A DNA stretch of 64,000 bases from assembly GCA_963555795.3 (NCBI GenBank), contig CAUVXA020000004.1, positions 5,055-69,054 of the forward strand. The letters run 5' to 3'. The number at the start of each line of letters is the position of its first letter. The first letter of the stretch is position 1. This DNA is from Longimicrobiales bacterium. Its GTDB lineage: Bacteria; Gemmatimonadota; Gemmatimonadetes; Longimicrobiales; Gaopeijiaceae. The notes beneath the pieces were generated by a model. That model ran no database searches. It was not told where the DNA came from and saw only the letters and a program-made list of their open reading frames with translations. The position numbers and the translations under genes are program-made. Of this stretch, positions 27,347 through 38,241 are shown one piece after another.

Positions 27347-28339
27347 CTAATCCTCCCCGTGGAACCGGGCCACGGCTCCCTTCGCGGCCAGTTCGGCGCG
27401 GGCGTAGTGGGCGGGCATCTGGGCGGAAGCCCAGCGTCCGGCGACCTGGAGGGCAGCGACTCCCGTGCCCGAGGCCACCAGGTCACGGGCCATCCCGACC
27501 CGGGGTGAGTGTCCCGAGAAACGGCCCATCAGCCCCGCAGCCCTGGCTGCCGCGGCGATCCGATTCGACACGGCCCGACCGGAACGGAGGCCGAAGACCT
27601 GGGCTTTGGACGAGGCGTCCGGACGATGGATCGCCCGAAGAGCCGCCGCGGCGGCTCTCCCAACGTAAAGGGTGGCCCCTGCACCGTCCTGGTCGCTCTT
27701 GGAGCGGCGGACGGTGACGCGGGCGGACCCATCGCTCCGAAACGCCACGTCGGCCCACGTGAGCGCGGCAGCCTCGGAGCGCCGCAGCATGGCGTCCCGC
27801 ATGACCGATGCGAGCGCGATATCCACCTGACCGCGGAGGCGGGCCTTGCTGGCCCGCTCGGTTCGACCGCCCGGTCCCGTGCGCCGCAGACGGGCGTTCG
27901 CACGGATCGCGGCCAGCCCCTCCTCCGTGAGAGCGGCGGCCTGTCTCGGAGCGCGACCCTCGCACGCCGCCCGGCGGGTGAGTCCGCGCAGCACCCGGCG
28001 CACCCCTTCGTTGTCGGCTGGGTTCGCGTGTCCGGCTTCGGTGTGATGGTAGCGAATCGCGGCGGGGTCCAAGCGGAGCGATGCGGGCGACAGGCCGTTG
28101 GCAGCCCGCTCGGCGAGGTACGCTGCCACTGTCTCCGGTAACGCGGGAATGGAGCCAATACCCTCGCGGTCGGCCCACGTCTGGAACCGGCGCCAGGCGG
28201 CGCGGTAGTTGCGGCGCGTGATGGCGCTGTGGGCGTCCTGGGCTGCGTCGACAACCCGCTGGACATGCGGCTCTCGGAGCGCTGCGGTAGCCGTTCCGCT
28301 GGTGGCAACGGCGGTGTAGTTGCTCATCCCCCTTCCCAA
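27347..28339 (-). CDS. Tyrosine recombinase / phage-integrase-family protein
   Basis: N-terminal SAM-like core-binding region (TRRNYRAAWRRFQTWADREG...VAAYLAERA). Catalytic region: MLRRSEAAALTWADV, FSGHSPRVGMARDL, LQVAGRWASAQMPAHYAR (R..HxxR..Y pattern). Confidence 0.85.
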   Translation of the reverse strand: MGRGMSNYTAVATSGTATAALREPHVQRVVDAAQDAHSAITRRNYRAAWRRFQTWADREGIGSIPALPETVAAYLAERAANGLSPASLRLDPAAIRYHHTEAGHANPADNEGVRRVLRGLTRRAACEGRAPRQAAALTEEGLAAIRANARLRRTGPGGRTERASKARLRGQVDIALASVMRDAMLRRSEAAALTWADVAFRSDGSARVTVRRSKSDQDGAGATLYVGRAAAAALRAIHRPDASSKAQVFGLRSGRAVSNRIAAAARAAGLMGRFSGHSPRVGMARDLVASGTGVAALQVAGRWASAQMPAHYARAELAAKGAVARFHGED

Positions 28340-28450
28340 CTCATGTGGTCAGGCTCCGACAGCTGCGTTCCGCTAATCGACGCTATCGGAACCTTCCCGC
28401 GCCCTTGAGACGACTCTCACGTCCCTGCGATGCCGTTGGACCAGCGCGCA

Positions 28451-28556
28451 CATGGGAATGGCGTTTCCGTGCACATGCACCCCATTGTCTGATGTGCACG
28501 CGCGCATCGGCATCGACTCCCGCCGATTCGTGTTCAAGATCCGCCTCCAGGGAGCC
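28451..28556 (+). repeat. Direct repeat copy A2
   Basis: See 26979-27085. Confidence 0.7.
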
Positions 28557-28685
28557 ATCGCGAGTGCCATGTCATCAAGGCCCTCGATCGTCCCTCCCGG
28601 GCTCGAGAACCGAAGGCTGTCGAGCGCCGCCGCGAGCGCCACCCGACAGCCCTGTTCCAGGAACGGTGACGGCTCCGAGGCAGGC

Positions 28686-28778
28686 CATAGCCGATTGGTG
28701 TCCCTCCACGACGAGGTGATGGCCGCCGCGCTTCTGGACCGGCTCCTCCACCGCTGCCACATCGTCAACAGACAGTGA
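28686..28778 (+). pseudogene. IS21 IstB C-terminal scrap
   Basis: ..LVSLHDEVMAAALLDRLLHRCHIVNRQ* resembles the IstB tail (..D..m.aAlLDRLLHH.hiv.i.G). The upstream part is decayed. Confidence 0.4.
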
Positions 28779-29007
28779 GAATCCAGAGAACCCCGAGAGT
28801 CGATCCAGGTGCCATCGGGCACGAGCAGCCGACAAACGGCAGACCGCGAGCGCGGGAAAACGCCCACCTACCGGCGGGCGGTTCCGCCTATCCCCCATTT
28901 GGGGGATGGCCGCCCGGCCGGACCCGCCCCTAATCTTTTTGGTGAGCCTACGGAACCTTGGGCGAATTATTGCATCAAGACCTCCCTTCCGGACCGGAGA
29001 TGGATGC

Positions 29008-32000
29008 ATGAACCGCTATCGAATCTTCATCTTTGCGGCAGCGACGCTGTCGGCCGCCCTGTGGGCGTACGCCTGCGGCGACGGGACCACGGAACCCCCG
29101 ACCCCGCCCCCCGACCCCCCGCGGCCCACGACGGTGACGGTCACGCCCGCGACCACCCAGCTCACCGCCTTGGGCGCCACCGTGCAGCTCTCGGCGGAAG
29201 TCCGCGACCAGAACGGGCAGGTGATGGCGGGGGCCGGTGTGACTTGGACAAGCAGCAACGCTTCGGCGGCTACGGTCAGCGGATCCGGTCTGGTGACGGC
29301 GGTGGACAACGGGATGTCCACGATCACAGCGACTGCGGGCGGAGTGTCGGGGACCGCAACGGTGACGGTGGCCCAGGAGGTGGGCGCGGTCGCAGTCTCT
29401 CCCGCAGCCGACACGCTGGTGACGGGCGACACGCTGCGCTTGGCGGCGGAGGCCACCGACGCGAACGGTCACGTGGTACAAGGGGCCGAGTTCTCGTGGG
29501 CGTCGAGCGACACGCTGGTCGCCGCGGTGACCGATGCGGGCCTCGTGACCGCGGTCGACGCGGGCGAGGCGGAGGTCACGGCCACCGCGGCGGGGGTCAC
29601 GGGCCAGGCGCAGCTCACGGTCGTGGCTCCGGCGCCGACGACCGTCGCGGTCGTTCCCGATACGGTGGCGCTGACGGCCCTGGGACAGACCGCGCAACTC
29701 ACCGCCGAGGTGCACGATCAGGCCGGGCGCGTGATGGAGGGCGTACCGGTCTCCTGGTCGAGCGCCGACACGCTGGTGGCGGTGGTGGACTCGGCCGGGC
29801 TGGTGACGGCCGTGGGCAGTGGCACGACGACCATCACAGCGACTGCGGGCGAAGCATCGGGCGATGCGGTGGTGACGGTGATGCAGTCGGCGGGTTCGGT
29901 CGTCGTGTCGCCGACCGCCGACACGGTGGCGCTGGGCGATACGCTGCGCTTGGCGGCGGAAGCGTTCGACGAGAACGGGCACCGGGTCGAAGGCGCGCAG
30001 TTCGCTTGGTGGTCGAGTGATGTGCCGGTGGCGACGGTGGACGGATCGGGACTTGTCCAGGGCGTTGGCAAGGGCGTGGCGACAATCGCCGCGAGCGCGG
30101 GGGCGGCCCGGGGAACAGCTGAGATCACCGTTCAGAATCCGGACCAGGCGGCACTGGTGGCGCTCTACAACGCGACGGACGGACCGAACTGGGTCAACAA
30201 CGAGAACTGGCTGACCGACGCGCCGCTCGGGGACTGGTACGGCGTGGGCACGGACGCATCCGGAGGGGTCGTCTCGCTGGATCTCTCCGAGAACGACCTT
30301 TCGGGCCCGATCCCCCCCGAACTCGGCAACGCCACCAGCCTGACAACACTGGATCTCGGCTACAACAATCTCTTCGGCCCGATCCCGCGCGAGATCGGCA
30401 ACTTGCCCGGCTTACGGCGGTTGTTTCTTATTTACAACGACCTGACCGGCCCGATTCCGCCGGAACTTGGCAACCTCGCCAGCCTGTCGGCGCTGTGGCT
30501 CCGCGACAATAGCCTATCGGGCATAGTCCCGGCTGAGCTTGGAGACCTGGTCGGCCTGACAGAGCTCAGTCTCCAAAACAACGCCCTTTCAGGCCCAATC
30601 CCGCGAAGTTTCCTGCAACTTGACAGGCTTCGTCGGTTTTTCATTGGGGGAAACGGAAGTCTCTGCGTACCAGGGACTTCTTCTTTCGTGGCGTGGCTGC
30701 AAGGAATGCAACACAATGGAGCATGGTGCAATGCGGCCGACGTGGCCGCGCTGGAGACGCTATACGAATTGACGGGTGGCGCGGCTTGGACCGAATCCGG
30801 CGGCTGGCTCGGCGCCGGTGCGGTGGAGGAATGGTACGGCGTCACCGCCGATTCGCTCGGCCAAGTCACCGGACTGGATCTCACCCACAACGGGCTGGCG
30901 GGACGGCTCCCGGCAAGCGTTGGCGACCTAGCGCGGATGACCAGCCTGCGGATCGGCGGCAATGCCCTTACGGGCCGTCTGCCTCTGTCCTTGGCAGGAG
31001 TCCGTCTGCGGGATCTCCGCTATGCGGACACCGAGTTGTGCGCTCCGGCGGACGAGTATTTCCAGGCTTGGCTGAAGGCACTGCCATCGCACGAGGGCAC
31101 GGACGTCGAGTGCGCCCTCCTGTCGGACCGCGAAATCCTCGAAGTGCTGTACGACGCGACCGGCGGACCGAACTGGACCAATAACGACAAATGGCTGACC
31201 GACGCGCCGCTGGGCGACTGGTACGGTGTCCGGGTGGACAATCAGGGCCGTGTGATCGCCCTGGGCCTTGGTGACAACAATCTTGCCGGCCCGATGGTGC
31301 CCGAACTCGGCTCCCTCGCCAACCTGACGAGGCTGAACCTCGGCGGAAACGCGCTGACGGGCACGATCCCGCCAGGACTCGGCTCACTGACCAACCTGAC
31401 GGAGTTAAGCCTCTACGCCACCAATCTAACCGGCCCGCTTCCGCCCGAACTCGGCAACCTCGCGAACTTGAGATGGTTGAGTCTCTACAACAGCAGTGTC
31501 TCCGGACCGATCCCGCGCGAACTCGGCAACCTCGACAGGCTGACGTTCCTTGACCTCAGCTACAACCAACTGTCCGGCTCAATCCCACCCGAATTCGGCA
31601 ACCTGTCCAGCCTGACGCACCTTTATTTCTCGCACAACAATCTGGCGGATGCGATCCCGCGCGAGCTCGGCGACCTCTCGGCCCTGGAGGTACTGGAACT
31701 CAACAACAACGAACTCACGGGCCCGCTTCCCCCTGCATTCGGCCGGATGTCGAGCCTGCGGCAGCTGGCCCTCGCACACAACCCCGGAATGCATGGGGCC
31801 CTACCATCGGAATTCACCGCTCTCCGCCAGCTCGATGTGCTCGTGGCCACTGGCACCAGGCTGTGCGCGCCCCCTGACCCCGCATTTCAGAGCTGGCTGG
31901 AAGGGGTCTACAAACGGCGGATCAGGCGCTGCATCGAAGGAGATCCTCCGATGGCCTACTTGACTCAGGCCGTACAGTCGCGGGAGTTCCCAGTGCCGCT

Positions 32001-33417
32001 TGTCGCGGGCGAGAGAGCGCTACTGCGCGTGTTCCCGACAGCTCGGCAAGCCACGACCGAGGGCATCCCAGCGGTTCGGGCCCGCTTCTACCTGCGCGGC
32101 AGGGAGACGCATGTGGTGGACATCCCCGGCAAGTCGGACCCGATCCCCACCGAGGTGGACGAGAGCAGTCTCTCCAAATCGGGCAACGCCGAGATTCCGG
32201 AGCGGGTGGTGCAACCTGGACTCGAGATGGTGATCGAGATCGACCCGAACGGAACGCTGGACCGGTCACTGGGCGTAGCCAAGCGCATTCCGGCGACGGG
32301 CCGCTTGGCGGTAGATATTCGCACGATGCCACTCTTCGACCTGACGCTGGTCCCGCTCATCTGGACGGATACTCAGGATTCGTCAATCGTGGACCTGGTC
32401 GGGGCCATTGCCGCCGATCCCGAGAATCACGAGATGTTCGGGGACACGCGCACGCTCTTGCCGGTGAGCGATCTGGCGGTAGCGGTGCATGAACCCGTTC
32501 AGACTTCTACCAACGATCTTTTCTTGTTGTTACAGGAGATTACGGCCATCCGGGCGATGGATGGGGCAACGGGCTACTACATGGGGATGATGGCTCCGCC
32601 CGTAACCTACGCTGCGGGAATAGCACGTCAGTCCGGCAGGTCGAGCGTCTCAATACCTTACCCGAGGACCATTGCGCACGAACTCGGCCACAACCTGAGT
32701 TTGCCGCACGCGCCGTGTGGCGGTGCACGCGATCCCGACCCTGGGTATCCCTACCCCGATGGGTCCATCGGCGCCTGGGGCTACGACTTCCGCAACGGCG
32801 GGCGGCTCATGCGACCCTCCACGCAGGATCTGATGTCCTACTGTAGGCCCACTTGGATCAGCGACTACAACTTCACCAACGCGCTGCGCTATCGGTTGTT
32901 CGACGAGGGCGCGCCGACGGCTGCGGCCGTGGCCGCCAAGGCCAGATCTATCCTCCTTTGGGGCGGCGTCGACTCCACAGGCACGCCATACATCGAGCCT
33001 TCCTTCGTGGTCGACGCCCCGCCCGCGCTTCCCGCGTCCGCCGGCGAATACGCGATCACCGGACGGACCGCCAGCGGCGGGGAGCTCTTCTCCCTCAGCT
33101 TCACCATGCCCGAGACGGCCGATGGAGACGGGAGTTCCTCCTTCGCCTTCGCACTCCCGGCCAGGCCCGGGTGGGCCGACACCCTCGCCAGCATCACGCT
33201 CACCGGCCCGGGCGGTACCGTCACGCTCGATGGGAAGAGCGACCGCTCGATGGCGATCCTGCGCAACCCGCGGACCGGCCAGATTCGGGGCATCCTTCGG
33301 GGCGTGCCGGCTCCGGCGGAGGCGCAGGCGGATGCGGCGGCCGAACTCGGTGGCGGGCCGGGGCTGGAAGTGCTCTTCAGCCGCGGGATCCCGGACGCTG
33401 CGGCGTGGCGGCGGTGA
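29008..33417 (+). CDS. Large secreted lipoprotein: about 5 Big_2 Ig-like domains, three plant-type LRR blocks and a C-terminal metzincin-like Zn protease domain
   Basis: MNRYRIFIFAAATLSAALWAYACG (lipobox). Repeated TVTP/VSPA..L..G.T.QL.A.V.D..G Big_2 units. LRRNT-like caps (ALVALYNATDGPNWVNNENWLTDAPLGDWYGV; LEVLYDATGGPNWTNNDKWLTDAPLGDWYGV) followed by L..L.L..N.L.GPIP.ELGNL repeats. HELGHNLSLPH at about 32677-32709. Confidence 0.85.
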   Translation: MNRYRIFIFAAATLSAALWAYACGDGTTEPPTPPPDPPRPTTVTVTPATTQLTALGATVQLSAEVRDQNGQVMAGAGVTWTSSNASAATVSGSGLVTAVDNGMSTITATAGGVSGTATVTVAQEVGAVAVSPAADTLVTGDTLRLAAEATDANGHVVQGAEFSWASSDTLVAAVTDAGLVTAVDAGEAEVTATAAGVTGQAQLTVVAPAPTTVAVVPDTVALTALGQTAQLTAEVHDQAGRVMEGVPVSWSSADTLVAVVDSAGLVTAVGSGTTTITATAGEASGDAVVTVMQSAGSVVVSPTADTVALGDTLRLAAEAFDENGHRVEGAQFAWWSSDVPVATVDGSGLVQGVGKGVATIAASAGAARGTAEITVQNPDQAALVALYNATDGPNWVNNENWLTDAPLGDWYGVGTDASGGVVSLDLSENDLSGPIPPELGNATSLTTLDLGYNNLFGPIPREIGNLPGLRRLFLIYNDLTGPIPPELGNLASLSALWLRDNSLSGIVPAELGDLVGLTELSLQNNALSGPIPRSFLQLDRLRRFFIGGNGSLCVPGTSSFVAWLQGMQHNGAWCNAADVAALETLYELTGGAAWTESGGWLGAGAVEEWYGVTADSLGQVTGLDLTHNGLAGRLPASVGDLARMTSLRIGGNALTGRLPLSLAGVRLRDLRYADTELCAPADEYFQAWLKALPSHEGTDVECALLSDREILEVLYDATGGPNWTNNDKWLTDAPLGDWYGVRVDNQGRVIALGLGDNNLAGPMVPELGSLANLTRLNLGGNALTGTIPPGLGSLTNLTELSLYATNLTGPLPPELGNLANLRWLSLYNSSVSGPIPRELGNLDRLTFLDLSYNQLSGSIPPEFGNLSSLTHLYFSHNNLADAIPRELGDLSALEVLELNNNELTGPLPPAFGRMSSLRQLALAHNPGMHGALPSEFTALRQLDVLVATGTRLCAPPDPAFQSWLEGVYKRRIRRCIEGDPPMAYLTQAVQSREFPVPLVAGERALLRVFPTARQATTEGIPAVRARFYLRGRETHVVDIPGKSDPIPTEVDESSLSKSGNAEIPERVVQPGLEMVIEIDPNGTLDRSLGVAKRIPATGRLAVDIRTMPLFDLTLVPLIWTDTQDSSIVDLVGAIAADPENHEMFGDTRTLLPVSDLAVAVHEPVQTSTNDLFLLLQEITAIRAMDGATGYYMGMMAPPVTYAAGIARQSGRSSVSIPYPRTIAHELGHNLSLPHAPCGGARDPDPGYPYPDGSIGAWGYDFRNGGRLMRPSTQDLMSYCRPTWISDYNFTNALRYRLFDEGAPTAAAVAAKARSILLWGGVDSTGTPYIEPSFVVDAPPALPASAGEYAITGRTASGGELFSLSFTMPETADGDGSSSFAFALPARPGWADTLASITLTGPGGTVTLDGKSDRSMAILRNPRTGQIRGILRGVPAPAEAQADAAAELGGGPGLEVLFSRGIPDAAAWRR

Positions 33418-33909
33418 CCTCCGCCTGGACGCCGTTCCAGGCCCGTTCCCGATGGGCCCCAGGTCGCGGGAGCCCGAAGGGAAAGCGGCTCCATTCGGTT
33501 CCGCACCACCCGCCACCGCGCACCCCCACCCGATCCGCCAAACAGTAACAGACCCTACCGCGGGAGTAGCCCCGTCAGCGAGCCCCGCGACGAACCCCGC
33601 GGGTCCAACTCACTCCACGGCGCGCCTCTCCTCGACCGCGTCGGCACCCAGCGGTGCGAACGGCACACTCGCCCCTATCGGGGTATTGGGGACGAATGCG
33701 GTATGGTCGACGTGGGGAACATTCGCCCGCAGGTTCCACCAAGCCCTGCTTGGCTGCTCCGCCCGTCAGGCTATGGCGCTTCCCGGGGTGGGGGTAGGAT
33801 GCTGACGGGACACCGGCCACGTCCCATGCCGCAGGGGGTCCTTTGGGCCGAAGTACTCTGTTGCCGCCGCAAACTGGAACACGCAGGACGTTGTGCCCGT
33901 TTCCTGCGT

Positions 33910-34090
33910 TCAGTTTCTGAGTAGTTCCCTGTCCACCATGACCCCGCCCTGGATCACGAGATGCACCCGCTTCGTGTTGCTGATCGACTCTATCGGCGAG
34001 GCATCGAGAATCAACAGCGTCGCCTCGTCGCCGGGCGCCACGCCCCAGCGTCGATCCGATCCATTGCGCTGACCCGTGGCTGCACGAACC
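33910..34090 (-). pseudogene. Amidohydrolase-family C-terminal remnant
   Basis: GVAPGDEATLLILDASPIESISNTKRVHLVIQGGVMVDRELL matches the usual amidohydrolase tail. Upstream sequence is not recognisable, and the IS at 34336 lies just beyond. Confidence 0.35.
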
Positions 34091-34335
34091 AGGAATCCGT
34101 GTCTGGCAGGTGGACCAAGACCGTGTATCTGCCGGAGACTCGTCGCGTTCTCAATGTTGGGACTGACTGGGTTCTGGTGCGCATCGCCAACTCGCTTAGG
34201 GTCCAGCAATTCGCTGTTCCACGGCATCCCAGGTCGATCCAGTTCCCGGCCAGATCCGAGCTGTTACTGCCTCTGGTCCTCGTCCAACCGGCACCTGTCA
34301 GGAGAATTCGCCGCCGAAAATGAACCTGCTCTAGT

Positions 34336-36206
34336 CCCCAAGCAAGCGTGATCCGTCGCCGGCCCCTGTCAAAGAGTACCGGAAAGGCTTATCCTGATTG
34401 TCGTTAGCAGATCTCGGCGCGAGTCGCCGTATCTCAACCAGGAGGCCTTTCCGGTGAAGACAATATCGCACAAACAAAGCCGAAGGAACAATGCCCGGCG
34501 GAGGCGGAAGGTGAAGGCGCGGCATGCGAGGGGGAGGCGGTGGGGCACGGGGCCGAAGCCGATGTTCGGGTCCGGCAGGGTGCGCTACGAGATCGGGGCG
34601 CGGATCAACGCGATGAGCTACGGGGGCATCGGCGTGGTCCGGCGGCTGGTGTCGAAGCTGGGGCTGGCCGGGGAGATCAACCGGCGGCTGGCGCTGCTGA
34701 AGCGGCATCTTCCGTACCACGAGTCGGACCACGTGCTGAACATCGCGTACAACATGCTGTGCGGAGGCGCGCGGCTGGAGGACCTGGGCGCCCTGCGCAA
34801 CAACGCGGCCTACATGGACGCCCTGGGGGCGGAGGTGATCCCGAGCCCGACGGCGGCGGGCGACTTCACGCGCCGCTTCGGCGAGGCGGACGTCATCGAG
34901 CTGCAGGAGTGCATCAACGCGGTGCGGCCGCGGTTGTGGCGGGGCCGGGGCCGGGACCTGCTGGGGCCGGTGGCGTACATCGACGTGGACGGGACGCTGG
35001 CGCCCACGCTGGGCGAGAAGAAGGACGGCATCGACATGTCCTACAAGGGGGTGTGGGGCTACCACCCGCTGGTCGTCTCGCTGGCCAACACCGGCGAGGT
35101 GCTCTACCTGGTGAACCGGCCGGGCAACGCGGTGAGCCACCAGGGCGCGGCGGAGTGGATCGACAAGGCGATCGGGCTCGTGGCGCCGCACGCCGAACGG
35201 GTGTGCGTGCGCGGGGACACGGACTTCTCGCTGACCGTCAACTTCGACCGCTGGAGCGAGGCGGCGGACTTCATCTTCGGCTACGACGCGCAGCCGGGCA
35301 TGGTGAAGCGGGCCGAGGCGCTGGAGGAGGGTGACTGGGAGCGGCTGGAGCGCCGGCCGCGCTACACGTCGCGGACGGGGAAGACGCGGAGCCGGCGGGC
35401 GGACGTGAAGGGGCGGATCGTGCGGGAGCGCGGCTACGTCAACAACCGGCTGAACCACGAGGACGTGGCCGAGTACGACTACCGGCCCGGAAAGTGCCGC
35501 GAGACCTGCCGGATGGTGGTCGTGCGCAAGAACATCAGCAGGATGAAGGGCGAGCTGTGCCTGATGGACGAGGTCCGCTACTTCTTCTACATCACCACGC
35601 GGCGGGACCTCAGCGCGGCCGAGGTGGTCCGGCTGGCCAACGCCCGCTGCGACCAGGAGAACGTGATCGAACAGTTGAAGAACGGGGTGAACGCGCTGCG
35701 GGTGCCGGTCTACGACCTGGTGAGCAACTGGGCCTGCATGGTAATGGCGGCGCTGGCGTGGAACCTGAAGAGCTGGTTCGCCATGATGATGCACCTGAAG
35801 TCCGACCGCCGGAAGTACGTCGCCATGGAGTTCAAGCGCTTCATCCGCGAGATGATCCTGCTGCCCTGCCAGGTCATCCGCTGCGCCCGGCAGACCACCC
35901 TGCGCATCATCGGCTGGCAGCCCGCCACCGACCGGCTGTTCAGCACCTGGCGCACCATCGAACGGACCGGCTTCGGCTGACGCCGCCCCTCCCCGCCGCT
36001 TCCCCACCCCGCCACCCCGCGCGTCCACGGGCACCGGTGTCTCCCGTGCCCAAAATCACTCGGGAAACCCCGGGACCGCGCACTCAAAAGACTCCGTTCA
36101 TCCCCTGGCACGCCTGCAAAACAGCCCCGTGGAAGCCGCCAGGTCCGCTCTATGACAACTTGCACAACCGAAACTCGCCCCCCGGACCCTACTCGCTTGT
36201 TTTGGG
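34336..36206 (+). mobile_element. IS1380-like element, diverged copy C (1871 bp)
   Basis: Ends CCCCAAGCAAGCG... and ...CGCTTGTTTTGGG are inverted. Flanks are TCTAGT and CCTAGT (5 of 6 duplicated). Its transposase is about 85-90% identical to that of the copies at 43960 and 46679. Confidence 0.8.
34454..35980 (+). CDS. IS1380-like (DDE group 1) transposase, 508 aa
   Basis: YGGIGVVRRL..., HESDHVLNIAYNMLCGGARLEDLGALRNN, AYIDVDGTLAPTLGEKKDGIDMSYKGVWGYHPLVVSLANTGEVLYLVNRPGNAVSH, VRGDTDF, RCDQENVIEQLKNG. Confidence 0.85.
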   Translation: MKTISHKQSRRNNARRRRKVKARHARGRRWGTGPKPMFGSGRVRYEIGARINAMSYGGIGVVRRLVSKLGLAGEINRRLALLKRHLPYHESDHVLNIAYNMLCGGARLEDLGALRNNAAYMDALGAEVIPSPTAAGDFTRRFGEADVIELQECINAVRPRLWRGRGRDLLGPVAYIDVDGTLAPTLGEKKDGIDMSYKGVWGYHPLVVSLANTGEVLYLVNRPGNAVSHQGAAEWIDKAIGLVAPHAERVCVRGDTDFSLTVNFDRWSEAADFIFGYDAQPGMVKRAEALEEGDWERLERRPRYTSRTGKTRSRRADVKGRIVRERGYVNNRLNHEDVAEYDYRPGKCRETCRMVVVRKNISRMKGELCLMDEVRYFFYITTRRDLSAAEVVRLANARCDQENVIEQLKNGVNALRVPVYDLVSNWACMVMAALAWNLKSWFAMMMHLKSDRRKYVAMEFKRFIREMILLPCQVIRCARQTTLRIIGWQPATDRLFSTWRTIERTGFG

Positions 36207-36370
36207 CCTAGTGATCGTTCCGTACCCTGTGTCTGGGGCCGGGCCGGTTCAGTGCGCCCGCTTGAGACTTAGTGGCACCAACTGAGTCTAAGGGCCCGTA
36301 GGCCGGTGATGCCGGCTTCCCCATAGTGATAAGTCAAGTGGTATGACCACAACGCTCCGATCTACTATAT

Positions 36371-37556
<1,186 letters not shown>

Positions 37557-37559
37557 GCT

Positions 37560-37813
37560 ACACATTGACTGACCCGTTCAGCGCCGGATCCGCAAACGAG
37601 CTCCAGCAACAACAGGTGGGCAGGGAGCCTGCCCCGATCGACGTGGTGACCACGGACGGAGAGTACATCGGAACCCTGCCGGTCGGAGAGGCCAGACTGC
37701 CTGCGGCATTCGGCCCCGGCGGGCTGGCTGCGTACATCGAGGTCGACGACCTGGACGTTCCGGTGGTTCTGGTCGGACGGCTGACGATATCGCCGGCATG
37801 TGAGCAGCAGTGA
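37560..37813 (+). pseudogene. C-terminal fragment of a beta-propeller-type paralog, cut by the IS21 end
   Basis: ..[57 protein letters not shown] resembles the C-termini of the paralogs at 39476-43024. Confidence 0.4.
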
Positions 37814-37859
37814 CTGACAAGGCTGAAGACCAGTGCTACGAATCAGGTTCGGAAACACC

Positions 37860-37960
37860 ATGCGGACGCGAATGTCGGCCAACGTGCCAGTCGGACTCAT
37901 CCTCTTCATGCTTGCACCCACGGGCTGCGAGTCGCCGTCAGGGCCGAAGGGGTTGACAGA
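37860..37960 (+). pseudogene. Orphan lipoprotein signal-peptide module (duplicate of the 40723 gene start)
   Basis: MRTRMSANVPVGLILFMLAPTGCESPSGPKGL. The segment 37828-37959 aligns ungapped at about 90% identity to 40691-40822. Confidence 0.55.
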
Positions 37961-38015
37961 TCGACGAGCCGGGCGCGGTAGTGGACGCCGAGGCGCTGGG
38001 TCGCGTCTGGACCCC

Positions 38016-38150
38016 GATGCCGGGCGCGTCTTGGTGGACGGGAGGGATGTGCGAGACATTGCTCTGGCGGAGCTGCGTGCGCGGGTGGCGGTGGTGGAGC
38101 AGGACGCGTTCGTCTTCAACACGTCGATTCTCGAGAACGTGCAGTGTGCA
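38016..38150 (+). pseudogene. ABC-transporter ATP-binding domain fragment
   Basis: GRVLVDGRDVRDIALAELRARVAVVEQDAFVFNTSILENV matches the segment between Walker A and the Q-loop of exporter-type ABC ATPases. No Walker A, signature or Walker B motif follows. Confidence 0.45.
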
Positions 38151-38241
38151 CGGTCCAACCAGCCTCGGGCCTTGCCTTCGCAGAGTGGCTCGCTGCCCCC
38201 ACACCTCAGGAGGAAGTGATGAACAGGTCGGAAGTCTCGTG

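Noticed and set aside
28809-30020. 403-aa plus-strand ORF rich in Gly/Arg/Asp, and the 335-aa minus-strand ORF at 28975-29982.
   Set aside because: These are alternate frames of the Big_2 repeat region of the large lipoprotein. The repeats make all frames stay open.
37960-38015. Possible second ABC motif (IDEPGAVVDAEA, read as Walker B / D-loop) in an alternate frame.
   Set aside because: It would lie upstream of the Q-loop-proximal segment, which is the wrong order for an ABC ATPase. It is probably chance.
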